From Octopus sinensis (taxonomy: Eukaryota), in assembly GCF_006345805.1 (NCBI RefSeq), contig NW_021826146.1, positions 1-13,248 on the forward strand: a stretch of 13,248 nucleotides of DNA, in the 5' to 3' direction. A program made the position numbers and the translations under genes. The notes beneath the pieces are model-generated. The model was given only the letters and a program-made list of their open reading frames with translations, was not told the DNA's origin and searched no databases. This document shows positions 1 to 8,452 of the stretch, piece after piece (position 1 is the first letter of the stretch; every line of letters starts with the position of its first letter).

Positions 1-40
1 CAGCATGGCAACACTCAAATGACTGAAAAGAATAAAAGAA
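1..40 (+). mobile_element. 3' tail of an octopus CORE-type (OR-like) SINE, cut by the window edge
   Basis: cagcatggcaacactcaaatgactgaaaagaataaaagaa resembles the 3' end of the fuller copies at 3115-3507 (- strand) and 8996-9398. Followed by (TA)8 at 41-56. Confidence 0.75.
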
Positions 41-56
41 TATATATATATATATA

Positions 57-326
57 CTCAAAATAAGCAACAAGAATGACTCCGGTAATTTGGTACGATC
101 GTTTCGTGCTACATCATTTTATTAAGTGTTGTAATTATTACAACAGTTTTAAAATGCTGAGCACTCATCAGCCAATTATAGAGGTTTTACATTAATACAA
201 AAATGTTCATATCAAGTGGCAACATTATAGAGAAGGTAGATATATAGACAAAGATGTGGATTTAAGTTTTAAGAACATTTGAGGTAATGGAGCCCATCAA
301 CTGACTGACTAAGATTCAGTTGTTCC
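57..326 (+). repeat. Left arm of a 270-bp inverted repeat
   Basis: Hand alignment to the reverse complement of 1778-2046 gives 15 substitutions and 1 indel (~94% identity). The arm starts CTCAAAATAAGCAACAAG right after TA (55-56) and ends GATTCAGTTGTTCC. Confidence 0.97.
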
Positions 327-360
327 AGACTACTGTAAGGTTCTGAGAGGGAAGAACAAA

Positions 361-1170
361 TGAAAGGAGACAATAAAGATTTTCTAAGTATAGAAAAGGG
401 GTAAAGGGGATGTCATAGCTCCAAATAAGGAATTTATGTAGAAGACTGCATTGTCACAACTAAATGCCAATTACTGCTATTTGATGAACAGATTCAGCGT
501 TAGGAGAACTAGGTCAATGTCAAATGGTCACAATAACATTCACAGAGAATGCAGAGACCTTACAAACCCTATGCACATCATCCCAACAGTTGGTCTATAA
601 GTTCCAAGTACTTTGACACGTTAGAATAAAGGAAAAAATGTAAATCTAAAATTTATTCAAATTTGGAGAAAGAAACTGTCACTTATTATGAGTAGGCATA
701 GTACTTATTAACTGGGGGGAAAAGCCTTATTAATCAAGTGAACATATTAGGGGTCAAAATATATACTAAGAAAGATGGAAGAGGGAAAATCAAAGAAGGA
801 AGATATTCATAGGTTTAGTAGAAGGCGATATTTTATAATATGAAGAGAGATAATTTAGAAGAGTAAATTATTCAGATTTCATGGATAGTGAGTTGATATT
901 AATGAACTAAAATATAGGATCTATTGGAAATAAAATTTACTACCTGTGGATAAAGGTTAATTAGTTAGGTAAAAATATCTTAGGTTAATTATATATTAAG
1001 AAATTGGAGTGAGATAATCAAGATGAACCAAATAGTTTCCCTAGGGACATAGGATTAATACTACTTAGTATTTGAGAACATTATAAAAAAGAAGAATTTA
1101 ATTCTAAGTTTGCAATGAAGTTTTTTAATCATTTATGGGTGTTAAACTAAAACCAGTATGGTATATTCGT
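361..1170 (+). pseudogene. Degenerate Penelope-like reverse transcriptase, thumb and linker relic
   Basis: Colinear motif-like blocks across frameshifts and stops: DNKDFLSIEKG..GDVIAP (369-423; cf. FxNxxYxQxxGxxMGxxxAP); tac tgc tat ttg atg aac aga ttc agc gtt agg (472-504; a few substitutions and two 1-nt indels from YRYIDDIFSVW); YFDTL..RKKCKSKIYS (609-659; cf. FLD...TKIYxK); KEGRYS..KA..KRDNL (792-860; cf. RGYP..KA..R..LL); ILRNWSEII (993-1019); KKKNL (~1086-1100); GC*TKTSMVY (1137-1166; cf. GxCLTKSIVY). Confidence 0.55.
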
Positions 1171-1463
1171 TCCTATTTGGTTAAATATATTTTGTAAAGA
1201 TATCTTAGACTAAGTCTATATTAAGAAATGGAAGTGAGATAATCAAGGTGAACCGAATAGTTTCCTTAGGGACATAGGATTCATACTATTTAGTATTCAT
1301 ACTATTTGGGATTCATACTATTTAGGATTCCAACTGTTTAGATTCATACAGTTTAATTTTAGAAAAAAGAAGAATTCAATTTTAAGTTTGCAGTGAAGTT
1401 ATTTTAGTCACCTATAAATGTTAAATTGAAAGCTAGTATGGTATATTCCTTCTTATTTGGTTA
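974..1463 (+). repeat. Tandem duplication, 225-bp offset, ~85-88% identity
   Basis: gagataatcaag begins at 1011 and 1236 (offset 225). Copies span ~974-1183 and ~1198-1463; both end gtatggtatattc.ttc.tatttggtta. Confidence 0.95.
1277..1355 (+). repeat. 16-bp minisatellite, 5 units (ggattcatactattta consensus)
   Basis: Units at 1277, 1293, 1309, 1325 and 1341. Expanded only in the second duplication copy; the first copy has a single unit (ggattaatactactta). Confidence 0.92.
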
Positions 1464-1507
1464 TAAAGAATTAAAATTTGAAAAATATAGGAATATTCAC
1501 AAAATTA

Positions 1508-1795
1508 TTATTTAAAGTATTTAAATGTTCGGGTCGTACGATGTATACAAGATCCTCCCAGCTCCAAACAATTATTCAACAGATTTGTATTACTCTGATG
1601 TTTCAAAATTTCATAGGTTTCCATAGAACAAAGCTGATAACCATCCCTACTATTTCTATAAGGTTGCACTCTTCTAAGTATATCCCATTTTGGGTTGAAT
1701 TCTATATTATTTGTTTTTAGTTCCCAAATTTTACTAGATAATGTTGTGCAACCTGCCTTATGTTTGAGCCTAAAAGAGGAACAACTGAATCTTAG
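1508..1795 (-). pseudogene. Penelope-like GIY-YIG endonuclease C-terminal half; 95-codon stop-free frame without a start, missed by the ORF track
   Basis: LRFSCSSFRLKHKAGCTTLSSKIWELKTNNIEFNPKWDILRRVQPYRNSRDGYQLCSMETYEILKHQSNTNLLNNCLELGGSCIHRTTRTFKYFK* matches the invertebrate PLE terminal pattern SF...T.LS..IW.LK..N..Y.I.W.I....PY....C.LC..E..I....LLN.R.E....C.H. One Cys appears lost (C>Y) and the conserved Arg appears changed to Cys. Confidence 0.85.
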
Positions 1796-2046
1796 TCAGT
1801 CAGTTGATGGGCTCCACTACCTCAAGTGTTCTTAAAATTCAAATCCACATCTTTGTCTATGTATCTACCTTCTCTATAATGTTGCTACTTGATATGAAAA
1901 TTTTTGTATTAATGGAAAACCTCTATAATTGGCTGATGAGTGCTCAGCATTTCAAAACTGTTGTGATACCTACAACATTTAATAAAATGATGTAGTACGA
2001 AACGATCGTACCAAATACCGGAGTCATTCTTGTTGCTTATTTTGAT
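1778..2046 (-). repeat. Right arm of the 270-bp inverted repeat
   Basis: Reverse complement of 57-326, followed by TA at 2047-2048. Its - strand translation (WYDRFVLHHFI...FEMLSTHQPIIEVF...IDKDVDLNFKN) loosely resembles PLE RT motifs (W.RxVDDIF, LN..HP.IKF, TD...YL.F.S). Confidence 0.95.
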
Positions 2047-2145
2047 TATAATCACCCCACGGATTTTTATGGATAACACCATACAGTATTCTGGTGCATC
2101 AAAATAAAATACCATATACATTTGAATCTAAATTTTTGCTGAACT

Positions 2146-2193
2146 TATATATATATATATATATGTATAATATATATATATATGTACACACAT

Positions 2194-2252
<59 letters not shown>

Positions 2253-2390
2253 TCTATACATATAAATACACATATCTATGTGTCTCTGTGCTTGAATGTG
2301 AGTGTCCATGTGTATACATACATACATTTTCATATATACATGTTTATATATGTATGTATATGTATGTACGTATTTATGTGTGTACTGTAC
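2146..2390. repeat. (TA)n/(CA)n/(TATG)n compound microsatellite
   Basis: Visible dinucleotide runs; explains the YIYI-type ORFs listed at 2094-2497. Confidence 0.95.
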
Positions 2391-2569
2391 AGGTATGGCT
2401 GTTCACTTCTCAAACACATGCTTTCAGGTTCAGTTTCACTGAACTCCATCTTTCTGCAAATTATCTTCTGAACCAAACTTCTGGGCGGATTTTCTAAACT
2501 GAGACTAAAAGGAAGCCCGTTGTGAGTTATGCGTGATTGTATGTATATCTGAAGGTATGTACATGCAAG

Positions 2570-2798
2570 GCGGAGAGCTGGCAGAAACGTTAGCACGTCG
2601 GGCGAAATGCTTAGCGGTATTTCATCTGCTGTTACGTTGTGAGTTCAAATTCCACCGAGGTCGACTTTACCTTTCATCCTTTCGGGGTCGATAAATTAAG
2701 TACCAGTTACACACTGGGGTCGATGTAATCGACTTAATACCTATTTCTGTCCTTGTTTGTCCCCTCTATGTTTAGCCCCTTGTGGGTAATAAAGAAAT
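2570..2798 (+). mobile_element. tRNA-derived SINE, second family, full length with 17-bp TSD
   Basis: A-box-like tggcagaaacg, B-box-like gagttcaaattcc (2641-2653), central cctttcatcctttcggggtcgataaattaagtacc, and tail aaagaaat. Perfect direct repeat aggtatgtacatgcaag at 2553-2569 and 2799-2815. Clearly homologous to 10118-10348. Confidence 0.92.
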
Positions 2799-3114
2799 AG
2801 GTATGTACATGCAAGTGTGTATCAGCATGCTTTTTTACATACAGACACACACACACACATATTGCTGTTAGGAAAGTGTATGAAGAAATAACAGCTAGGT
2901 TTTGCTCAACATAACCTAGACTGTTAGCCTTTTTTTGTATGTTTTTTATCCTTAATTTTTTTTTTGTTCCATCCCAGTCATGTCAGCATTGTTGTCATCA
3001 GCTTTGCTCAGCTCAGCCTCTCTTCACTTGGTTCAATTCATCTCAACTCAACATGTCTCAACTCAACATGTTCACCCTAAATGGACTCCTCTTGATTCAG
3101 GTTACTCTCTCTCT

Positions 3115-3507
3115 CTCTTTTACTTGTTTCAGTCATTTGACTGCGGCCATGCTGGAGCACCACCTTTAATCGAGCAACTCAACCCCAGGATTTATTCTTT
3201 GTAAGCCCAGTACTTATTCTATCTGTCTCTTTTGCTGAACCGCTAAGTGACGGGGACATAAACACACCAGCATCGGTTGTCAAACAATGCTAGGGGGAAA
3301 AATACAGACGCACATTATATATATATATATATATACATATATACGACGGGCTTCTTTCAGTTTCCGTCTACCAAATTCACTCACAAGGCTTTGGTCGGCC
3401 CGAGGCTATAGTAAAAAACACTTGCCCAAGGTGCCATGCAGTGGGACTGAACCCGGAACCATGTGGTTGGTAAGCCAGCTACTTACCACACAGCCACTCC
3501 TACGCCT
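3115..3507 (-). mobile_element. Full-length CORE-type (OR-like) tRNA-derived SINE with an internal (TA)n tract
   Basis: The reverse complement begins aggcgtaggagtggctgtgtggtaagtagc (A box), has gggttcagtccc (B box) and CORE-like ccttgggcaagtg, an internal TA run (~3317-3344), and a tail ...gactgaaacaagtaaaagag. Homologous to 8996-9398. Confidence 0.9.
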
Positions 3508-3879
3508 GTTGTTCAGTTTTGCTTTGTCATCATCAGCCTAGCTGCTTTTAGTTCAGCTCAATTTCCCTCAGCAATAATTTGCTTTGTTCAGATATATCTG
3601 GCTTGTCTCAGCTTAGTTGAGTTCTCTTTTGCTTACTCAAATCAGCTTTGCTTTTTCTCTGCTCAAAATCAATTCAGCATTTAGTTGGCTTGGTGTGTCA
3701 TGATTCATACTTCACAATAGTGTCACCATAAATCTTCATCTATTGCAAATGAAACAAGCCTGCCAAAACACAAGTATCACCTGGAGACCCTAACACAACG
3801 CACAACTATTCAGAAACCTATGGGGCTTCATAATTGAAGTAAAGAATGTGACGCTGATTATGCAGATACACACACACAA

Positions 3880-3980
3880 AGTTACTCCTATAAATACAGA
3901 CACACATACACACACATGTATATATGAAAAATACACAGACATATACATTTATACACACATATATATATATATATATTATA

Positions 3981-4014
<34 letters not shown>

Positions 4015-4146
4015 GACACAAATATATAAATATAAAGACATCTATATTCATACACATATACAAATGCACATATATAATTTATATACATATACACACACAC
4101 ATGCACACAGAGAAAGAAAGACATACATATATACATACGGAGAGGG

Positions 4147-4202
<56 letters not shown>

Positions 4203-4258
4203 GTACGTAGACTTACATACATCTATGCCTGCACACACGCACACACTCACACATGTAC

Positions 4259-4298
<40 letters not shown>

Positions 4299-4325
4299 AC
4301 TATCTTTCTCACACACACACATACA
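3880..4325. repeat. (TA)n/(CA)n compound microsatellite
   Basis: Long TA runs and a long CA run at ~4157-4199. Confidence 0.95.
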
Positions 4326-4539
4326 CACCTTGCTTCAAACATTCCTAATTTATTTACTATTCCCCATTTTTTTCTTCTTTTTGCATGTATCTTTTAATTC
4401 ATCTGAAAATAACCATAGATATTCTACAGTCTTTTGAAGCCAAATCATTTTAGGTTAGCAGCAGAATAATGTGAATAAAATAATAAATTAAATTCTTTTG
4501 TGCACATACACACTTTCACAAACCCATTTACATATACTT

Positions 4540-4985
4540 ACATGTATGTATGTATGTATATATGTATGTGTGTGTATGTATGTATGTGTTGTGTGTGTGT
4601 GTGTGTGTATGTGTGTATGTATGTATGTATGTGTATGTATGTATGTTATGTATGTGTGTGTATGTGTGTGTGTGTGTATGTGTGTGTGTGTGTGTGTGTT
4701 GTGTGTATGTATGTATGTATGTATGTATGTATGTATGTATGTATGTTTGTGTGTATGTATGTGGTGTGTATGTATGTTGTGTGTGTGTGTGTGTGTGTGT
4801 TGTATGTATGTGTGTGTATGTATGTATGTATGTATGTGTGTGTGTATTTATGTATGTATGTATGTATGTAAGTGTGTATGTATGTATGTATAGTGTGTAT
4901 GTATGTATGTATGTATGTGTGTATGTATGTATGTGTGTATGTATGTATGTGTGTGTGTATGTATGTATGTATGTGTGTGCATGTG
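4540..4985. repeat. (GTAT)n/(GT)n compound microsatellite, ~440 bp
   Basis: Alternating GTAT and GT blocks; source of the MYVC/VCVC ORFs. Confidence 0.97.
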
Positions 4986-5562
4986 TTTCTATGCACAGGT
5001 GTCCCTAATGTGTCTACATCTGCACATATTCATATGGGCATGTGTATGTGCATATGGTGGTTGTGTGTGTTTGTGTGTGGATATATATATGTATATGCAT
5101 ATGTATCATGTTTCTACAGTGAGGGATAAACCGATACTGACACACACACCAGAGAGAGAGAGAGAGAGAGGGGTTACATAACGAAAGATAATAAAAGACA
5201 GAGACAGAGAGAGAGTGGAAGGGAGAGGAAAACTATGAAATTCCAAAAGATGTAAATTTGTCATTTCTTGGGAATGTGTTTAATTTAAGACAAGACAATG
5301 CCAGCGGGGATAAGATGAAGAAGAAGAAGAAAAAAAAAAAAGAAAAAAGGAAAAGATAAAATATGTAATTCTATGAACCTAACACAAAAATATGATAAAG
5401 CAAAAAGAAAAATTAATTAAATAAATAAATAACTACAAGAAATTAAAACGCAAATGAGATGAAGAGATGGGGCAGGTGAAATAAAAATTGGAATATTGCC
5501 CGAAGGTAAGGAAAATAAAACTAAGTACACCGAAATAGTGAATATAAAATAAACTGATTATA

Positions 5563-5564
<2 letters not shown>

Positions 5565-5596
<32 letters not shown>
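5565..5596. repeat. (ATT)n microsatellite
   Basis: About 10 ATT units. Confidence 0.9.
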
Positions 5597-5600
<4 letters not shown>

Positions 5601-5935
5601 TTAGTAATTTTGTGTTCTTTTTCTGTTTCATCTTTTGGGGGTTTTTTTTAGGTCACTCCAGTTAGTTTGGTAGTTAATTTTAGTTTAAACCGTATTAAAT
5701 ATATTAAAGTATTTGAAGAGAAGAACTATAAGTGTCCAACTACACTGTTTCATCTTGTATGGAGAAGGCCTTTTATGAGAGACAGACAGACAGACAGAGA
5801 GAGAGAGAGGGAGGGAGGGAGGGATGGATTGATAGACATTGATAAATAGATTAATACAAAGGCAGATAACTTAATTAGTAGACCGAGAGGTAGATGGTAG
5901 GCAGACAGGCATAGACAGGCAGAAAGTGGGATAGA

Positions 5936-5993
5936 TTTGTATATAAATGGATCAGTTAGTGAGATTCTAAGTTTTGTATCTGCATTTGGAATA
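5936..5993 (+). repeat. 58-bp direct repeat, copy 1 (copy 2 at 6390-6447)
   Basis: tttgtatataaatggatcagttagtgagattctaagttttgtatctg[c/g]atttggaata with a single mismatch; the match extends 3 more bases (tct). Confidence 0.97.
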
Positions 5994-6389
5994 TCTTTAT
6001 ATATAAAAGAGAGGTTGTGTGCTGTCTGTCTCCTACGATTTAGATTCCTAACTACTCCCACATTTTGCGGTGCAGTTTAACCAAAACCGGGTATCTTATA
6101 GTTGTGATTCATATCGAGCCCTTCTGGGTATTAGCGCACGTCTACGATAAGTCTACGATTTAAAAAAAAATTTACCATCAATTTTTCCCATTTTTAATGC
6201 ATTTTTGGCATATATAAGGGAAGTAACTCTCTAAAAATTTATTAAATCTCAGAACGTAAAAAGCTACAGTAACACCCCCCCCCCTTTGTGGTTAGCCATA
6301 TTGAGATGGCTATTATACTTTACATCTCTAAAAGTGCTTATATAGTTATTTCCCTTACAAACCCGAGCAATGCCAGGCAATACTGCTAG
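5994..6389 (+). mobile_element. Non-autonomous Helitron-like element, 396 bp
   Basis: 5' A|TC (A5993, TC 5994-5995) followed by tttatatataaaa...gtctgtct. 3' CTAG (6386-6389)|T, preceded 8 nt upstream by cccgagcaatgccagg (6362-6377), which is three transitions from the cccgggcaacgccggg subterminal hairpin seen in invertebrate Helitrons. Confidence 0.75.
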
Positions 6390-6989
6390 TTTGTATATAA
6401 ATGGATCAGTTAGTGAGATTCTAAGTTTTGTATCTGGATTTGGAATATCTCCTATAATTCTTCAAAAGATTCAGCATAAAAAATTTTCCATGGACAAGCC
6501 AGTCTTTAATTCCTCAATTATATCTTAGAGAAATTATAATAAAGGAATAAGAACTGAGGATTAAGCTTTAATGGACATCTACCTGTATATTAAATTCTTC
6601 ATTGAACTCATTGGTACCTTGGTGATAACCAGGGCTGTATGATCCAGGTGTGCAAGATGTGCGCTGCACACCCATCAAAAATGATAAATTCATTATAAAT
6701 TCATTAATTTAATGACAAATCCTAATGGAAAACCTTTGTTATATCCCTGCTTGAAATTTGGTGGCATCAGGTATGGCAGCACACCCAAAATGGCATCACC
6801 ATATGCCACTGGTGACAAAAACTCTGAACATGGCTGGCACCGTTGAGGGCTCTCCTGCTACGGACAACAGATGTATGTTCTATTATTTCTAACTGAACCA
6901 CCTGCACAGATGACTTGTTCATAGAGATAAAATATCTATGTTGTACACTAACCCACTCCCTCTATCAAGTCAACGTTGTGTATAGAGGT

Positions 6990-7095
6990 GCACAGCATGC
7001 CATACGTGGACCATGTGATGAAGTGTTTGCTTAAAACAGAATATACTGCCTGGTTCAAGAATTGAAAACGCAATCTCACAATTGTGATGCAAAAA
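6990..7095 (-). mobile_element. Old, degenerate SINE head fragment
   Basis: aagtgtttgctt...cctggttcaagaattgaaaacgcaatctcacaattgtgatgc reads on the - strand like a decayed tRNA-head/B-box segment; heavily diverged. Confidence 0.35.
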
Positions 7096-7281
7096 TACAG
7101 AGTTGCAAAGCAAGATACTTAACCATACTGTGATGCCTGCCCAAAGATATATATCTCTCCTTGTTTCTCTCCTTGTTTTTTTCTGTGTATCTTTCTGTCG
7201 AAGAGCGTAGGCTCGAAATGTAAAAGACTTTTTCTATTTCTATTCCTGAGCGCTATACTAATGCCTTCGTCTTTTGTTTTC
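7093..7281 (+). mobile_element. Dispersed repeat, copy 1 (probable PLE terminal fragment joined to a SINE-head remnant)
   Basis: Near-identical to 9573-9760 apart from indels; contains the hammerhead-like motif. Confidence 0.8.
7190..7227 (+). ncRNA. Minimal type-I hammerhead-ribozyme-like motif, copy 1
   Basis: Stem I TCTTT (7190-7194)/AAAGA (7223-7227); core CTGTCGA+A (7195-7202); stem II GAGC-GTAG-GCTC (7203-7214); GAAA (7215-7218); TGTA, with putative cleavage after A7222. The core has U in place of the canonical A6. Confidence 0.55.
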
Positions 7282-7287
7282 ACACAG

Positions 7288-7505
7288 TCGACAAGGTACT
7301 CACAAGTCATTCATTTGTACCAACTTTACTTAGCAACACCCAGACAACAGAGTATGGTAACACATTAAAAACGTCTCCAGATCCAATGAATGCTCAGGGT
7401 AGTGGTCAACTCTTCACTCAGAACTTCTTCCGTAACTGGCTCCCTGGGAAGAGAACACCCATCGTATCCCATCAAAGCACTAAACCTGAAATTCATCTCA
7501 GCTGA
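7288..7505 (+). CDS. Possible terminal coding exon of an unidentified gene
   Basis: Acceptor-like gtcttttgttttcacacag| (AG ends at 7287), then a 72-codon open frame DKVLTSHSFVPTLLSNTQTTEYGNTLKTSPDPMNAQGSGQLFTQNFFRNWLPGKRTPIVSHQSTKPEIHLS*. Non-repetitive and more GC-rich than the flanks, with an AT-rich downstream region containing AATAAA (~8101). No homology recognised. Confidence 0.25.
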
Positions 7506-7946
7506 TTATTTTGCTAATCAGGTGTACAATAATTCTGTTACTCTCTTAGCTTATCCATCAGTTTTATACCTTAATATTATAACATAACAAAAGTTGTTGT
7601 ACCAAAAAAAGTATGATGGAATGGGGGGTTTTTTTTTTTGGCAAAAAATGAAAAAAAACTTTTTTCTAAATATGAACATTTCAAAACAAAAGATTTTTTA
7701 TTTCATAGGACTAACCAAAAACAGGGTGGGTGTTGGAGCAGCTTGGTTTTGGAGAAGATGGGGGAAGAGGGATGCGGAGGGGGGGGGGCAAAACATTTTT
7801 TTATTTCAGATCTAGAAAATGTATCACTGCAAATTGCAACAACGTGAGTGTGCAGAGAAGTGATGGGTAATTTAGCAAAGAGTGAAAGTAGGTGGAGAAT
7901 AATGATACTAGTAAAATATAGAACCATTAACTTAGTTACTACAATG

Positions 7947-7993
<47 letters not shown>

Positions 7994-8011
7994 TACTGTT
8001 GCTGCTGCTGC
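7947..8011. repeat. (ACT)n then (GCT)n microsatellite
   Basis: Direct reading; gives the poly-T and poly-V ORFs. Confidence 0.95.
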
Positions 8012-8304
8012 CATGTTGAAGTGGCATAATTAATCAAAGCTGTTATATGGTATTATGAACAATCTAATCAAATCCAGCTTTTTCAAAAATACTCCAAAGA
8101 ATAAAACGATACAAAAATGCAAAAACAAAATTAACGTATAAAAAAATATAGAACAAAACAAAAGCATATTTATATTACTTCCTTTATACTTTTTAAATAT
8201 TCTTTTATTCTCCTAGCTTTTGTTTTAATTTTTTTTTAATTATCAATATCTTTTGTGCTTATGGTATTTTTGCTTCTTTAATCTTTTTTATGCTAATAAA
8301 AATG

Positions 8305-8452
8305 ATTATTATTATTGTTATTGCTATCATCATCATCATCATTATTATTACTATCATCATCATCATCATCATAAATATTATCATCACCATCATCATAATT
8401 ATCATTGTCGTCATTGTTATTATTATTGTTGTTACTATTGTTATTAGTAGCA
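8305..8452. repeat. (ATT)n/(ATC)n trinucleotide mosaic
   Basis: Direct reading; gives the poly-His/Tyr/Ile ORFs. Confidence 0.93.

Noticed and set aside
306-894. Long frame +3 containing only TAA/TAG stops, suggesting a ciliate-type genetic code
   Set aside because: TAA and TAG dominate by chance in AT-rich DNA, other frames nearby behave similarly, and the motif matches need frameshifts. A decayed retroelement explains it better.
375-930. Alternative reading of the relic as an RTE- or Tx1-type LINE RT (IEKG..GDVIAP, VGL, YLG-like bits)
   Set aside because: PLE motifs fit more blocks in the correct order (YIDDIF.VW, FLD..TKIY, RGY..KA, NW, KNL, CLTK.S.VY) and a PLE endonuclease is adjacent. 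Not fully excluded without an HMM search.
1932-1958. ctgatgagtgctcagcatttcaaaac, a CUGAUGA hammerhead-like start within the inverted arms
   Set aside because: There is no GAAA after the putative stem II in either arm, and no stem I or III could be built.
55-2048. Tc1/mariner autonomous transposon
   Set aside because: No DDE/DDD transposase motif was found by hand translation of the interior, and the left TA is part of a microsatellite, so the TSD evidence is weak.
2393-2521. Possible exon (ag|...|gtgagt)
   Set aside because: All three + frames contain stops, and the - strand frame lacks a convincing donor. It can be neither supported nor fully excluded as a non-coding exon.
6630-6812. Possible small MITE ending tatgccactgg, with gcacaccc repeated
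   Set aside because: The terminal inverted match is too weak, and there is no TSD or second copy.
7725-7790. G-rich stretch with G-quadruplex potential
   Set aside because: The G-runs are irregular and within a low-complexity context; nothing suggests function.
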